A stretch of DNA of 64,000 nt from an uncultured Deinococcaceae bacterium (lineage in GTDB: Bacteria; Deinococcota; Deinococci; Deinococcales; Deinococcaceae). The stretch lies in contig CAXULY010000001.1 in NCBI GenBank assembly GCA_964252075.1, positions 183,787 to 247,786 on the forward strand, read 5' to 3'. Positions 41,171 through 50,006 of this stretch are shown here, piece after piece; the stretch's first letter is position 1; each line of letters opens with the position of its first letter. The notes below the pieces were generated by a model. The model was not told where the DNA came from. It saw only the letters and a program-made list of their open reading frames with translations, and did no database searches. The position numbers and the translations under genes are program-made.

Positions 41171-42637
41171 ATGCAGCGCTCCCCAGCCCGCGCCCTTCGC
41201 GCCGCAGCCGTCTTGAGTGCGCTGCCACTGCTGGTGTACCTCGCCCTGCGCCTGCTGCCCGCCCTGGACCCCGTGGCGTACCTGGAACCACTTCACTTCG
41301 TGGTGGGCTGCCTGCTCGCGGTGATGGGCAGCGTGATCGGCGTGGCGGTCGCGGTGGCGGGCGGGCGCCTGCGCAACCTGCAGGTGGTGCTGCTCGCGCT
41401 GTCCTTCGTGTCACTCGGCCTGCTGCAGGCGGTGCATGGCTTCGCCACGCCGGGCGTCGTCATGCCCGACGATCACGCGATGATGCAGGACGGCAGCATG
41501 CGGCTGCTGCCCGTCACCGCGCAACTGAGCGTGCTGCTCGCGGCGGTGTGGCTGTGGCTGTCGTCGCTGCCGTCGTGGCACCCCGTGGTGCGGCCCCTGG
41601 CACGGCACGAGCGGCCGCTGCCCTTCGTCTGGACGGCGCTGCTGCTGCTGCTGGACGCGGCGCTGCTGTGGCGCCCCACGCTCGTCGCGTACCTGCCGGT
41701 GGACAGCGTGCCGCTGCGGTACGTCGTGGCGGCCCTCACCTTCGCGCTGGTTGGGGTGACGGTCCACCATTACGCCCGCAGTTACCGGTACGCGCGCCTG
41801 CCCCTGCAGCTCAGCACGGTGTACGGCGCCCTGTGGCTGGCGGGCGCGCAGCTGGTCCTGTCGACGGCGCCGCTGTGGCACCTGTCGTGGTGGCTTTACC
41901 ACGCCCTGCTGTACGCGGGCGTCGGCGCGGGCGTGGTGGGCCTGCTGCGGCAGTACAGCCAGGGCGAACGCCTCAGCACGGCGGTGCTGGGCCTCTGGAA
42001 CCGCGACGCGGACGCCCTCCTGCACTCCGGCATCTCGGCGGGCGTGCGGGACCTCGTGGGCACCCTGGAAGTGCACGACCCGTACACCGCCGGGCACAGT
42101 TACCGCGTGGCGCGCGAGGCGGTGCGGCTGGGCCGCGCGGCGGGCTGCTCGCCCGAGGACCTGCGCGCGCTCGCGCAGGGTGGGCTCGTGCACGACCTGG
42201 GGAAGCTGGAGGTGCCGCGCGACCTGCTGAGCAAGGACGCGGCGCTGGACGCCGACGAGCGCGCGGCGGTGGAGCGCCACCCGGCGCGCGGGCACGCGAC
42301 CTGCCAGGCGCTCGGCTTCCTGCCCGCGGAACTGTCGGTGGTGCGGCACCACCACGAACGCTGGGATGGCGGGGGCTACCCGGACCGCCTGGCGGGCGAG
42401 CGCATTCCGCGCCTGGCGCGCATCGTGGCGATTGCCGACGTGTACGACGCCCTCACGAGTGACCGCGCCTACCGCAGCGCCTGGTCGCACGGGCGGGCGC
42501 GTGGGTTCATTCAGGCGGAGGCGGGGCGGCACTTCGACCCGGAACTCGTGCGGGTGTGGCTGGACCTGCCCGGCCCGGAAGGGCGTGAGGACGTGCCCGC
42601 ACGCCCCCTGGAGCACCCCACTCTGCTGACCCAGTGA
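41171..42637 (+). CDS. Membrane-anchored HD-GYP phosphodiesterase
   Basis: About 7-8 N-terminal TM segments; DPYTAGHS.RV, VHDLGK, HHHERWDGGGYP, ADVYDALTSDR.Y. Confidence 0.9.
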   Translation: MQRSPARALRAAAVLSALPLLVYLALRLLPALDPVAYLEPLHFVVGCLLAVMGSVIGVAVAVAGGRLRNLQVVLLALSFVSLGLLQAVHGFATPGVVMPDDHAMMQDGSMRLLPVTAQLSVLLAAVWLWLSSLPSWHPVVRPLARHERPLPFVWTALLLLLDAALLWRPTLVAYLPVDSVPLRYVVAALTFALVGVTVHHYARSYRYARLPLQLSTVYGALWLAGAQLVLSTAPLWHLSWWLYHALLYAGVGAGVVGLLRQYSQGERLSTAVLGLWNRDADALLHSGISAGVRDLVGTLEVHDPYTAGHSYRVAREAVRLGRAAGCSPEDLRALAQGGLVHDLGKLEVPRDLLSKDAALDADERAAVERHPARGHATCQALGFLPAELSVVRHHHERWDGGGYPDRLAGERIPRLARIVAIADVYDALTSDRAYRSAWSHGRARGFIQAEAGRHFDPELVRVWLDLPGPEGREDVPARPLEHPTLLTQ

Positions 42638-42685
42638 GCGGCGTGGCGCGGGGGGCGCGCGCAGCGCGTCCACTACACTGACGGC

Positions 42686-43738
42686 GTGGCCCCCAGAATC
42701 AAGGATGTGGCGCGGGTGGCGGGCGTGAGTGCGGCGACCGTCTCCAAGGTGCTGTCGGGCGCCACTGCCGGCTACCAGGTGAACGCCGTGACGGCGGAAC
42801 GGGTGCGGCGCGCGGCGCGCGAGCTGGGCTACGTGCCGAACGCGGCAGCGCGCGGCCTCCGCACGCGCCACACCGGTCAGCTGGGCGTGGTGCTGGACGA
42901 GGTGGGCGCCTCCGCGCCGGGCCTGGACGTGACGCGCGGGCCGCTGCAGCTCACGGCGCCCGCGCTGGTGCGGCGCACCTTCGACGGCGCGATCTTCGCG
43001 GGGCTCAGTGACGCGGCGCGCCGCGAGAACGTGCGGGCGCTGCTGGTGTACCCGCAGTCGGGCACGGAGGGCCCGGAGCGGTTCCTCGACGGGCGCATCG
43101 AGGGCCTGCTGGTGGGATGCGATCCGCTGCGCGGGCACCACCTGATTCACCAGCTGGACCCCGCGCGCCTGCCCGTGCTGGCCCTGTGGACGCAGGCGGC
43201 GCCCGACGGGGTGGGCTGGGCAGACGTGGATCACCGGGGTGGCGGGGCGCTCGCGGTGGCGCACCTGTGGTCGCTCGGGCACCGGCGCATCGCGTTTTTC
43301 GGTTCGGGCGCCGCGGGCGCCGTGGAGCACTTCCGCCTGCGGCACCAGGGGTACCTGGACGCCCTCGCGGAGCGGGGGGTGGCGCCGCTGGCGGCGTGGC
43401 ACGTGCGGGATGCCGACAGCCTGCTGTCGGCGGTGCGGGCCCGGGAGGTCACGGCGGTGTTCGCGGAGAGCGACATGGAGGCGGCGGCGGCCCTGCAGGT
43501 GCTGGGCGCGGCGAACCTGGAGGTGCCGGGGGACGTGTCGGTGGTGGGTTTCGATGACGTGTACGGCGCGGAGTTCATCGGGCGTGGGCTCACGACGGTG
43601 TACCACCCCGCGGCGGAGATGGCGGCGGCGGGGGTATCGGGCCTCATGCGGCTGCTGGCCGGGGAGCACGCCGAGGCGTGCCGCGTGCTGGTGCCGACAC
43701 GGCTGGTGGTGCGCGGCACGACCGCCGCGCCAGACTGA
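42686..43738 (+). CDS. LacI family regulator (probable xylose repressor)
   Basis: IKDVARVAGVSAATVSKVL, LGYVPN.AAR.L, VPGDVSVVGFDD, LTTV; directly upstream of xylA. Confidence 0.92.
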   Translation: MAPRIKDVARVAGVSAATVSKVLSGATAGYQVNAVTAERVRRAARELGYVPNAAARGLRTRHTGQLGVVLDEVGASAPGLDVTRGPLQLTAPALVRRTFDGAIFAGLSDAARRENVRALLVYPQSGTEGPERFLDGRIEGLLVGCDPLRGHHLIHQLDPARLPVLALWTQAAPDGVGWADVDHRGGGALAVAHLWSLGHRRIAFFGSGAAGAVEHFRLRHQGYLDALAERGVAPLAAWHVRDADSLLSAVRAREVTAVFAESDMEAAAALQVLGAANLEVPGDVSVVGFDDVYGAEFIGRGLTTVYHPAAEMAAAGVSGLMRLLAGEHAEACRVLVPTRLVVRGTTAAPD

Positions 43739-43746
43739 GCTGGGTC

Positions 43747-43795
43747 TTGCAGTGGGCGCCCGGATGGGTATACTCAAGCCAACGAAATCGATTTC
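43747..43795 (+). promoter_or_regulatory. xylAB promoter and LacI-type operator
   Basis: TTGCAG (43747-43752), 16 bp, TATACT (43769-43774); perfect palindrome GAAATCGATTTC (43784-43795) with central CG just past the predicted start site. Confidence 0.75.
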
Positions 43796-43840
43796 CATTC
43801 AGGGCGGCCCGTGCAGAGCGGGCGCGCGTCAGGAGTGCAT

Positions 43841-45007
43841 ATGGCAGAATTCACCCCCACCGCAGCGGATAAATTCACCTTCGGGCTGTGGACGGTCGGC
43901 GCCACCGGCCGCGACCCCTTCGGCGAACCCACCCGCGCCCCCATGAGCGCCCCGTACATCGTGGAGAAACTCGCGCAGCTCGGCGCGTACGGCGTGAACC
44001 TGCACGACAACGACCTCGTGCCCATTGACGCCAGCGCGCAGGAACGCGACCGCCTCGTCGCGGACTTCAAGCGGGCCCTCAGCGACCACGGCCTCGTCGT
44101 GCCCATGGCGACCACCAACCTGTTCGGCGACCCCGCCTTCAAGGACGGCGCCTTCACCAGCGCCGACGCCCGCGTGCGCGCCTACGCCCTGCAGAAAACC
44201 ATGCGCAGCATGGACCTCGGCGCGGAACTCGGCGCGCAGACCTACGTGTTCTGGGGAGGCCGCGAGGGCACCGAGGTGGACGCCAGCAACAAGCTCCTCG
44301 ACGCCCTCGCGTGGTTCCGCGACAGCCTGAACTTCCTCGCGGACTACTCCGAAAGCCAGGGGTACAGTTACCGCTTCGCGCTGGAACCCAAACCGAACGA
44401 ACCGCGCGGCGACATCTTCTTCCCCACCGCGGGCAGCATGCTGGGCTTCATCGCGACCCTGGAGCGCCCCGAGCGGTTCGGCGTGAACCCGGAGTTCGCG
44501 CACGACACCATGGCGGGCCTGAACTTCGCGCACGCCGTCGCGCAGATCATCGACGCGGGCAAGCTCTTCCACATCGACCTGAACGACCAGAAGATGGGGC
44601 GCTTCGATCAGGACCTGCGCTTCGGCGCGGAGAACCTGAAGACCGCGTTCTTCCTGGTGAAGCTGCTGGAAGACACCCGCTACGACGGCTCGAAGCACTT
44701 CGACGCGCACGCGCTGCGCACCGAGGACGAGGCGGGCGTGTGGGCCTTCGCGCGCGGCTGCATGCGCACGTACCTGATCCTGCGGGAGAAGGCGCGGCAG
44801 TTCAACGAGGACGCGGACATCCAGGCGGCCCTCGCGGCGTACCGCGTGGAGGACGCGGAACTCTCCGACCTCATGCGCGACTTCACGCCGCAGAAGGCGC
44901 AGGCCCTGAAGGACCGCAGCTTCGATCGCGCGGCCCTCGGCCAGCGCGGGCCCGGCCTGGAGCAGCTGGATCAACTGACGGTGGAGTTGCTGCTCGGGGT
45001 GCGCTGA
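43841..45007 (+). CDS. xylA: Xylose isomerase (short class I type)
   Basis: [67 protein letters not shown]. Confidence 0.96.
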   Translation: MAEFTPTAADKFTFGLWTVGATGRDPFGEPTRAPMSAPYIVEKLAQLGAYGVNLHDNDLVPIDASAQERDRLVADFKRALSDHGLVVPMATTNLFGDPAFKDGAFTSADARVRAYALQKTMRSMDLGAELGAQTYVFWGGREGTEVDASNKLLDALAWFRDSLNFLADYSESQGYSYRFALEPKPNEPRGDIFFPTAGSMLGFIATLERPERFGVNPEFAHDTMAGLNFAHAVAQIIDAGKLFHIDLNDQKMGRFDQDLRFGAENLKTAFFLVKLLEDTRYDGSKHFDAHALRTEDEAGVWAFARGCMRTYLILREKARQFNEDADIQAALAAYRVEDAELSDLMRDFTPQKAQALKDRSFDRAALGQRGPGLEQLDQLTVELLLGVR

Positions 45008-46464
45008 TGGCGGACGTCACCCTCGGTCTGGACCTCGGCACCAGCGGCGTCAAGGTCGTGGCGCTCACCGCCGGAGGTGAGACCCTCGCCGAGGCGATGC
45101 GCCCCTACCCGCTCCTCACGCCGCACCCTGGCTGGACGGAGCAGCGCCCCGAGGACTGGGAGGCCGCGACACTCGCCGCACTCGCGGACGTCGCGGCGCA
45201 GCTGAAGGCCGCGGGGCACACGCCGCTGGCGCTCGGCCTGAGCGGCCAGATGCACGGCCTCGCGGCGCTCGACGCGCAGGGGCGCCCCGTGCGCCCAGCG
45301 CCGCTCTGGAACGACGCGCGCACGGGCGGCGCGGTGCGTGAACTGGAGGCGCGCGTCCCGCGCGCGGACCTCATCGCGCGCACGGGCAACCGGGCGGTGG
45401 CGGGCTTCCAGGTGCCGAAGCTGCTGTGGCTGCGCGAGGCGGAACCCGAGGCGTTCGCGCGCGTGCGCCACGCCCTGCTCCCCAAGGATTACCTCGGCTT
45501 CGTGCTCACGGGCGAACTGCACACCGAGCCGAGCGACGCGTCCGGCGTCGGCGCGCTGAACCTCAGCACCCGCCGCTGGGACGCCGACGTGCTGCGCGCG
45601 CTCGACCTCTCCCCCAGCCTGTTCCCGGAGGTGCTGGACTCCACGGCCGTCACGGGTCGGCTCACGCCGGGCGCGGCGGCCCGGACGGGCCTCCCGGCGG
45701 GCCTGCCGGTGGTGGCGGGCGGCGGGGACAACGCGGCGGCGGGTGTGGCGCTCGGCCTGAGTGCCGCGCGGCCCGAGACGGGCAGCCTCAGCCTCGGGAC
45801 GAGCGGCGTGCTGTTCGCGCCCCTCACCGAACCCACACCCGACCCGGAGGGCCGCGTGCACCTCTTCGCGCACGCGGACGGCGGTTACAACCTGCTGGGC
45901 GTCACGCTCGCCGCGGCGGGCGCCCTGCAGTGGCTGCGCGACAAACTCGCGCCCGACACCAGCTTCGCCCAGCTGCTGGACGAGGCCGCCAGCGCCCCCG
46001 CCGGAGCGGGCGGCGTGACGTTCCTGCCGTACCTGTCCGGCGAACGCAGCCCGCACATGAGCCCCGACCTGCGCGGCGCGTGGACGGGCCTCAGCCTCGC
46101 CAGCGGGCGCGCCGAACTGACGCGAGCGCTGCTGGAAGGCACGGCCTTCGCGCTCGCCGACACGCACGACGTGATGCGCCCCCTCTCGAACGTGACGCGG
46201 CTGCTCTCCACGGGCGGCGGCGCGCGCAGCGACTTCTGGCTGGGCCTCGTGGGCGGCGCGACGCAGCTGGAGGTGCAGCGCAGCGCGCGCGAGCCGGGCG
46301 CCGCGGACGGCGCCGCCATCCTCGCCATGCCGGAAGCCGGCCTGCACCCTACCCTGACCGCCGCCATGGACGCCCTGCGCCCGCTCGGGGAGGCCGTCCC
46401 CAACATCGACTCTGGTGAGGCCCGCGCGCGGTACAGGGACACGTACCGCCACCTGTACGGCTGA
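45007..46464 (+). CDS. xylB: Xylulokinase
   Basis: [52 protein letters not shown] coupling to xylA. Confidence 0.95.
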   Translation: MADVTLGLDLGTSGVKVVALTAGGETLAEAMRPYPLLTPHPGWTEQRPEDWEAATLAALADVAAQLKAAGHTPLALGLSGQMHGLAALDAQGRPVRPAPLWNDARTGGAVRELEARVPRADLIARTGNRAVAGFQVPKLLWLREAEPEAFARVRHALLPKDYLGFVLTGELHTEPSDASGVGALNLSTRRWDADVLRALDLSPSLFPEVLDSTAVTGRLTPGAAARTGLPAGLPVVAGGGDNAAAGVALGLSAARPETGSLSLGTSGVLFAPLTEPTPDPEGRVHLFAHADGGYNLLGVTLAAAGALQWLRDKLAPDTSFAQLLDEAASAPAGAGGVTFLPYLSGERSPHMSPDLRGAWTGLSLASGRAELTRALLEGTAFALADTHDVMRPLSNVTRLLSTGGGARSDFWLGLVGGATQLEVQRSAREPGAADGAAILAMPEAGLHPTLTAAMDALRPLGEAVPNIDSGEARARYRDTYRHLYG

Positions 46465-46467
46465 AGG

Positions 46468-47409
46468 TCAGCGCCAGTGCGGGCCCTTATGGAACGCCAC
46501 CCCGCGCCGCTCCAGGCGCTCGTGAATGAGGGCGGTGTTCAGCGCGATGGCCGTCAGGGTGCCTTTGGAGGCCGCCGCCACCACGTACTGCGGGGGGCCC
46601 GTGAGGTCCCCCGCCGCGTACACGCCCGGCACCGTCGTCTCGCCCGTCTCCGTGACGCGCAGGTGATGCCCGTCGTGCACGCAGCCCAGCTGACGCCCCA
46701 GGTCACTCGCGGGCTCCTGGCTCGGCGTCAGCACCATCAGGTCGGCGGGCACGGGTGGAGCGCCCTCTAGGCACACGTGCGAGAGCGCCGTTCCCGCCCC
46801 CTCCAGGTGCGTCACGGGCGCCTCCACGACCGGCACCGCCAGACGCTCGAAATCCTGCAGTTGCTCCGCCGTGAAGTCGTGCGGGCCGTCCGTGAGGACC
46901 GTCACGTGCGGCGTCCACAGCTGCAGGGTGAGGGCCATGTGGTGCGCGGAGTTGCCGCGCCCGTACACCACCGCGCGGCGGTCCTGGTACTCCCAGCCGT
47001 CGCAGTACGGGCAGTGAATGACGGTATGCCCCCAGCGTTCCCGCACGCCCGGCACATCCGGCAGCAGGTCGCGCACGCCATACGCGAGGAGCAGGCGACT
47101 CGCGGCGTGCACCGCGCCGCCCTCCAGCGTCACCTCGAAGCCGCCCTGGACCGCCTGAGCCCGCACTGCCTTCCCGTTCACCACCTGCACCGCGTACCCC
47201 GCCAGTTGCTCGCACGCAATGCGGTGCAGTTCGGCGGGCGACGCGCCGTCGCGGGTGTACAGGCCGTGCGCGGCGCCCGTCGGGGCGTTGCGGCCCAGGC
47301 CGCCGTCCAGCAGCAGCACGCGCCGCCGCGCGCGCCCCAGCTCCAGCGCCGCACTCGCGCCCGCCGGACCCGCGCCGACCACCAACACGTCGAATTCAGG
47401 AGCGGCCAT
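46468..47409 (-). CDS. NAD(P)/FAD-dependent oxidoreductase (thioredoxin reductase-like)
   Basis: VVGAGPAG, HCPYCDGWE, TTVPGVYAAGD. Confidence 0.9.
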   Translation of the reverse strand: MAAPEFDVLVVGAGPAGASAALELGRARRRVLLLDGGLGRNAPTGAAHGLYTRDGASPAELHRIACEQLAGYAVQVVNGKAVRAQAVQGGFEVTLEGGAVHAASRLLLAYGVRDLLPDVPGVRERWGHTVIHCPYCDGWEYQDRRAVVYGRGNSAHHMALTLQLWTPHVTVLTDGPHDFTAEQLQDFERLAVPVVEAPVTHLEGAGTALSHVCLEGAPPVPADLMVLTPSQEPASDLGRQLGCVHDGHHLRVTETGETTVPGVYAAGDLTGPPQYVVAAASKGTLTAIALNTALIHERLERRGVAFHKGPHWR

Positions 47410-47580
47410 GACCGTCAGTGTGGAGGCCCCTGCGGACGCCCACTTCAGCGCCCTTCACAATCCGAAACGCAGCGCAAGGTCCGATGAAGGGCGCCCGGAC
47501 CCAGGGCGTGCCGTGGACCGCCCGTCGGTGACCACTCGCCTCCGAAACCTCGGGGCGCACGCTGAGTACCGTTCGAACGC

Positions 47581-48258
47581 TCAGCGTGCGCCGGGCCGCA
47601 CCGTCACGTCCATCAGAACCGCGTCCCTGGGGGCCTCCAGCACGAAGCGGACGGTGGCCGCCACGCTCTCCGGGCGGATGTACGCGCCCTCGTCGAAGGC
47701 GCCCTGCTCCTGCGCCCGCACCTTGCGCTGCATGTCCGTCACGGTGCGGCCGGGGTACACGGTCGTCACGTGCACGCCGGCCGCCGCCTCCTCGGCGCGC
47801 AGGCTGTCCGCGAGGGCGCGCAGGGCGAACTTGCTGGCGGCGTAACTGCCCCAGCCCGGACTCGCGGCGAGGCCCGCCCCGGAATTGATGAACACCACGT
47901 GTCCCCGCTCCGCGCGCAGTCGTGGGAGGAGCGCGCGCGTGAGGGCGGCGGGGGCCACCACGTTCACGGCCAGGGTGTCCGACCACATCTCGTGCGACTG
48001 CTCCGCGACGGTGCCCAGCTCAATCACGCCCGCGTTGTGAATCACGTTCGTGACCGGGCCGAGCTCCGCGAGGGCCGCCCCGAAGGTCTCGGGGCGGCGC
48101 AGGTCCAGGGTCAGGGCGCGGGCGGTGGGCAGTTCCGCCCGCAGGGCCTCCAGCCGCGCGGGGTCGCGCCCGGTCAGCATGAGGTCGTGGTGACGGAGTT
48201 CCCGCGCGAGGGCGATCCCGATGCCGCCCGTCGCGCCGGTGATGAGGGTGACTGGCAT
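47581..48258 (-). CDS. SDR family oxidoreductase
   Basis: ITGATGGIG, HNAG, YAASKF. Confidence 0.92.
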   Translation of the reverse strand: MPVTLITGATGGIGIALARELRHHDLMLTGRDPARLEALRAELPTARALTLDLRRPETFGAALAELGPVTNVIHNAGVIELGTVAEQSHEMWSDTLAVNVVAPAALTRALLPRLRAERGHVVFINSGAGLAASPGWGSYAASKFALRALADSLRAEEAAAGVHVTTVYPGRTVTDMQRKVRAQEQGAFDEGAYIRPESVAATVRFVLEAPRDAVLMDVTVRPGAR

Positions 48259-48430
48259 GACGCCGATTCTAGGCGGGTTGGGCACCGCTGATGGACCGCG
48301 CCCGGCAGGGAATGACCGGGAGCCGGCTCAACCCAGCGGGCGAGGCGTCTGGCCCAGCACTCCTCCAGGCGCGGTGACGGGATCTTAAGGTCAGCGTGCT
48401 TTCAGCATCCGCAGGCGCCCCTGGCAGGCA

Positions 48431-49825
48431 TTACCCGGCGAGCCACACGTAGCGCGCGATCAGCAGGGCCGCCACCAAGTACAGCAGGGGATGCACCTGT
48501 CGCCCGCGCCCACTGAGCAGCTTGATGAGGGCGTAACTGATCACGCCGAAACTCACGCCGTTCGCGATGCTGTACGTGAGCGGCATGGCGATCACCGCGA
48601 GGAACGTCGGGATGGCCTCGCTCAGGTCGTCCCAATTCACCTCGCGCAGGCCGCCCAGCATGAGGGCGCCCACCAGGATGAGGGCCGGGGCGGTCGCGGA
48701 GGCGGGAATGGCGGCGGCGAGCGGCCACAGGAACATGGCGAGCAGGAACAGCACGCCGACCGTCACGGCGGTCAGGCCGCTGCGCCCGCCCTCCTCGATG
48801 CCGCTCGCGCTCTCGATGTACGCGGTGGTGGTGCTGGTCCCCATGAACGCGCCGAACATCGCGGCGAGGCCGTCCATCGCGAAGGTGCGGCGCGCGCGCG
48901 GCATGTTGCCCTGCGCGTCCAGGTACCCGGATTTCTGCGCGAGGCCCGTGAGGGTGCCCGTCGCGTCGAAGAAATCCACGAAGAAGAACGTGAACACCAC
49001 ACCCAGCAACCCCAGGCCGAGCGCGCCCGACAGGTCCATCTGCCCCACGAGGCCCAACGGCCACACGGGCGCCGCGAAGATGCCCGCGAAACTCCCCGTG
49101 AAGCCCTGGAAGGGTTGCAGGCCACCGTTCGCGCCGCCCGCGTACACGGGCGCGCGGAACACGATGGCGATGAGGCTCGTCGCGAGGATGCCCCACAGGA
49201 TCGCGCCCGTCACGCGCCGCACCATCAGCACCGCCGTCACGATGAGGCCCAGCACCGCGATTAGCACGGGCGCGCTCGTGAACGCCCCGAGCGCCACGAA
49301 GGTCGCGGGGTTCGACACCACCACGCCCGCATTCTTGAAGCCAATGAACGCCAGGAACGCCCCGATGCCGGCCGTGATCGCGAACTTCAGGCTGTGCGGG
49401 ATGGCGCGCACCACCGCCTGCCGCGCGCCCAGCACGCTCAGCACCACGAACAGCAGGCCGGAGACGAACACCGCGCCGAGCGCCGTCTGCCACGGAATCT
49501 TCTGCCCCAGCACCACCGTGAAGGCGAAGAAGGCGTTCAGGCCCATGCCGGGCGCCTGCGCGAACGGGTACTTCGCGACGAGGCCCATCACGAGACTCCC
49601 GAAGGCCGCCGCGAGCGCCGTCACGATCAGGAGCTGCACGAAGGCGTTCGGGATGGGGATCGCCTGACTGAGCGTCTGCGGGTTCACGAACAGGATGTAA
49701 CTCATGGTGAGGAACGTCGTGAGGCCCGCGCGCACCTCGCGCGGGATGCTGGTGCCGAGGGCCGTCAGGCCGAAGTACCGGTCGAGGGCGCCCCTCGGCA
49801 CGGCCTGGGTGGGTGTCTGCTGCAT
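48431..49825 (-). CDS. NCS2/AzgA family purine (guanine/hypoxanthine) permease
   Basis: AGLTTFLTMSYILFVNP, APGMGLNAFF, DFFDATGTL, AYIESASG..GGRSG, MPLTYSIANG. Confidence 0.93.
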   Translation of the reverse strand: MQQTPTQAVPRGALDRYFGLTALGTSIPREVRAGLTTFLTMSYILFVNPQTLSQAIPIPNAFVQLLIVTALAAAFGSLVMGLVAKYPFAQAPGMGLNAFFAFTVVLGQKIPWQTALGAVFVSGLLFVVLSVLGARQAVVRAIPHSLKFAITAGIGAFLAFIGFKNAGVVVSNPATFVALGAFTSAPVLIAVLGLIVTAVLMVRRVTGAILWGILATSLIAIVFRAPVYAGGANGGLQPFQGFTGSFAGIFAAPVWPLGLVGQMDLSGALGLGLLGVVFTFFFVDFFDATGTLTGLAQKSGYLDAQGNMPRARRTFAMDGLAAMFGAFMGTSTTTAYIESASGIEEGGRSGLTAVTVGVLFLLAMFLWPLAAAIPASATAPALILVGALMLGGLREVNWDDLSEAIPTFLAVIAMPLTYSIANGVSFGVISYALIKLLSGRGRQVHPLLYLVAALLIARYVWLAG

Positions 49826-49841
49826 GCCTTCTCTTTCTGTT

Positions 49842-49895
49842 CGCCTCACGCGGCGAACACCCTGAAGTCCGGGGTGGCCCGCCTCACGCGGCGAA
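49842..49895 (-). repeat. Tandem 16-bp direct repeat forming hairpins in the permease leader
   Basis: CGCCTCACGCGGCGAA at 49842-49857 and 49880-49895. Confidence 0.8.
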
Positions 49896-49963
49896 ACCGC
49901 CGCGAGGCTACCAAATTCCGGGCGGCGCGGGGTGAACGCCCGGCCCGCCGCGCGACCCAACGA

Positions 49964-49994
49964 CAGCGCCCGACCCACGAGGGGTCGGGCGCTG
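49964..49994 (-). terminator. Hairpin after the nuclease gene
   Basis: CAGCGCCCGACCC-acgag-GGGTCGGGCGCTG. Confidence 0.65.
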
Positions 49995-50006
49995 AGGGCC
50001 TGATGA

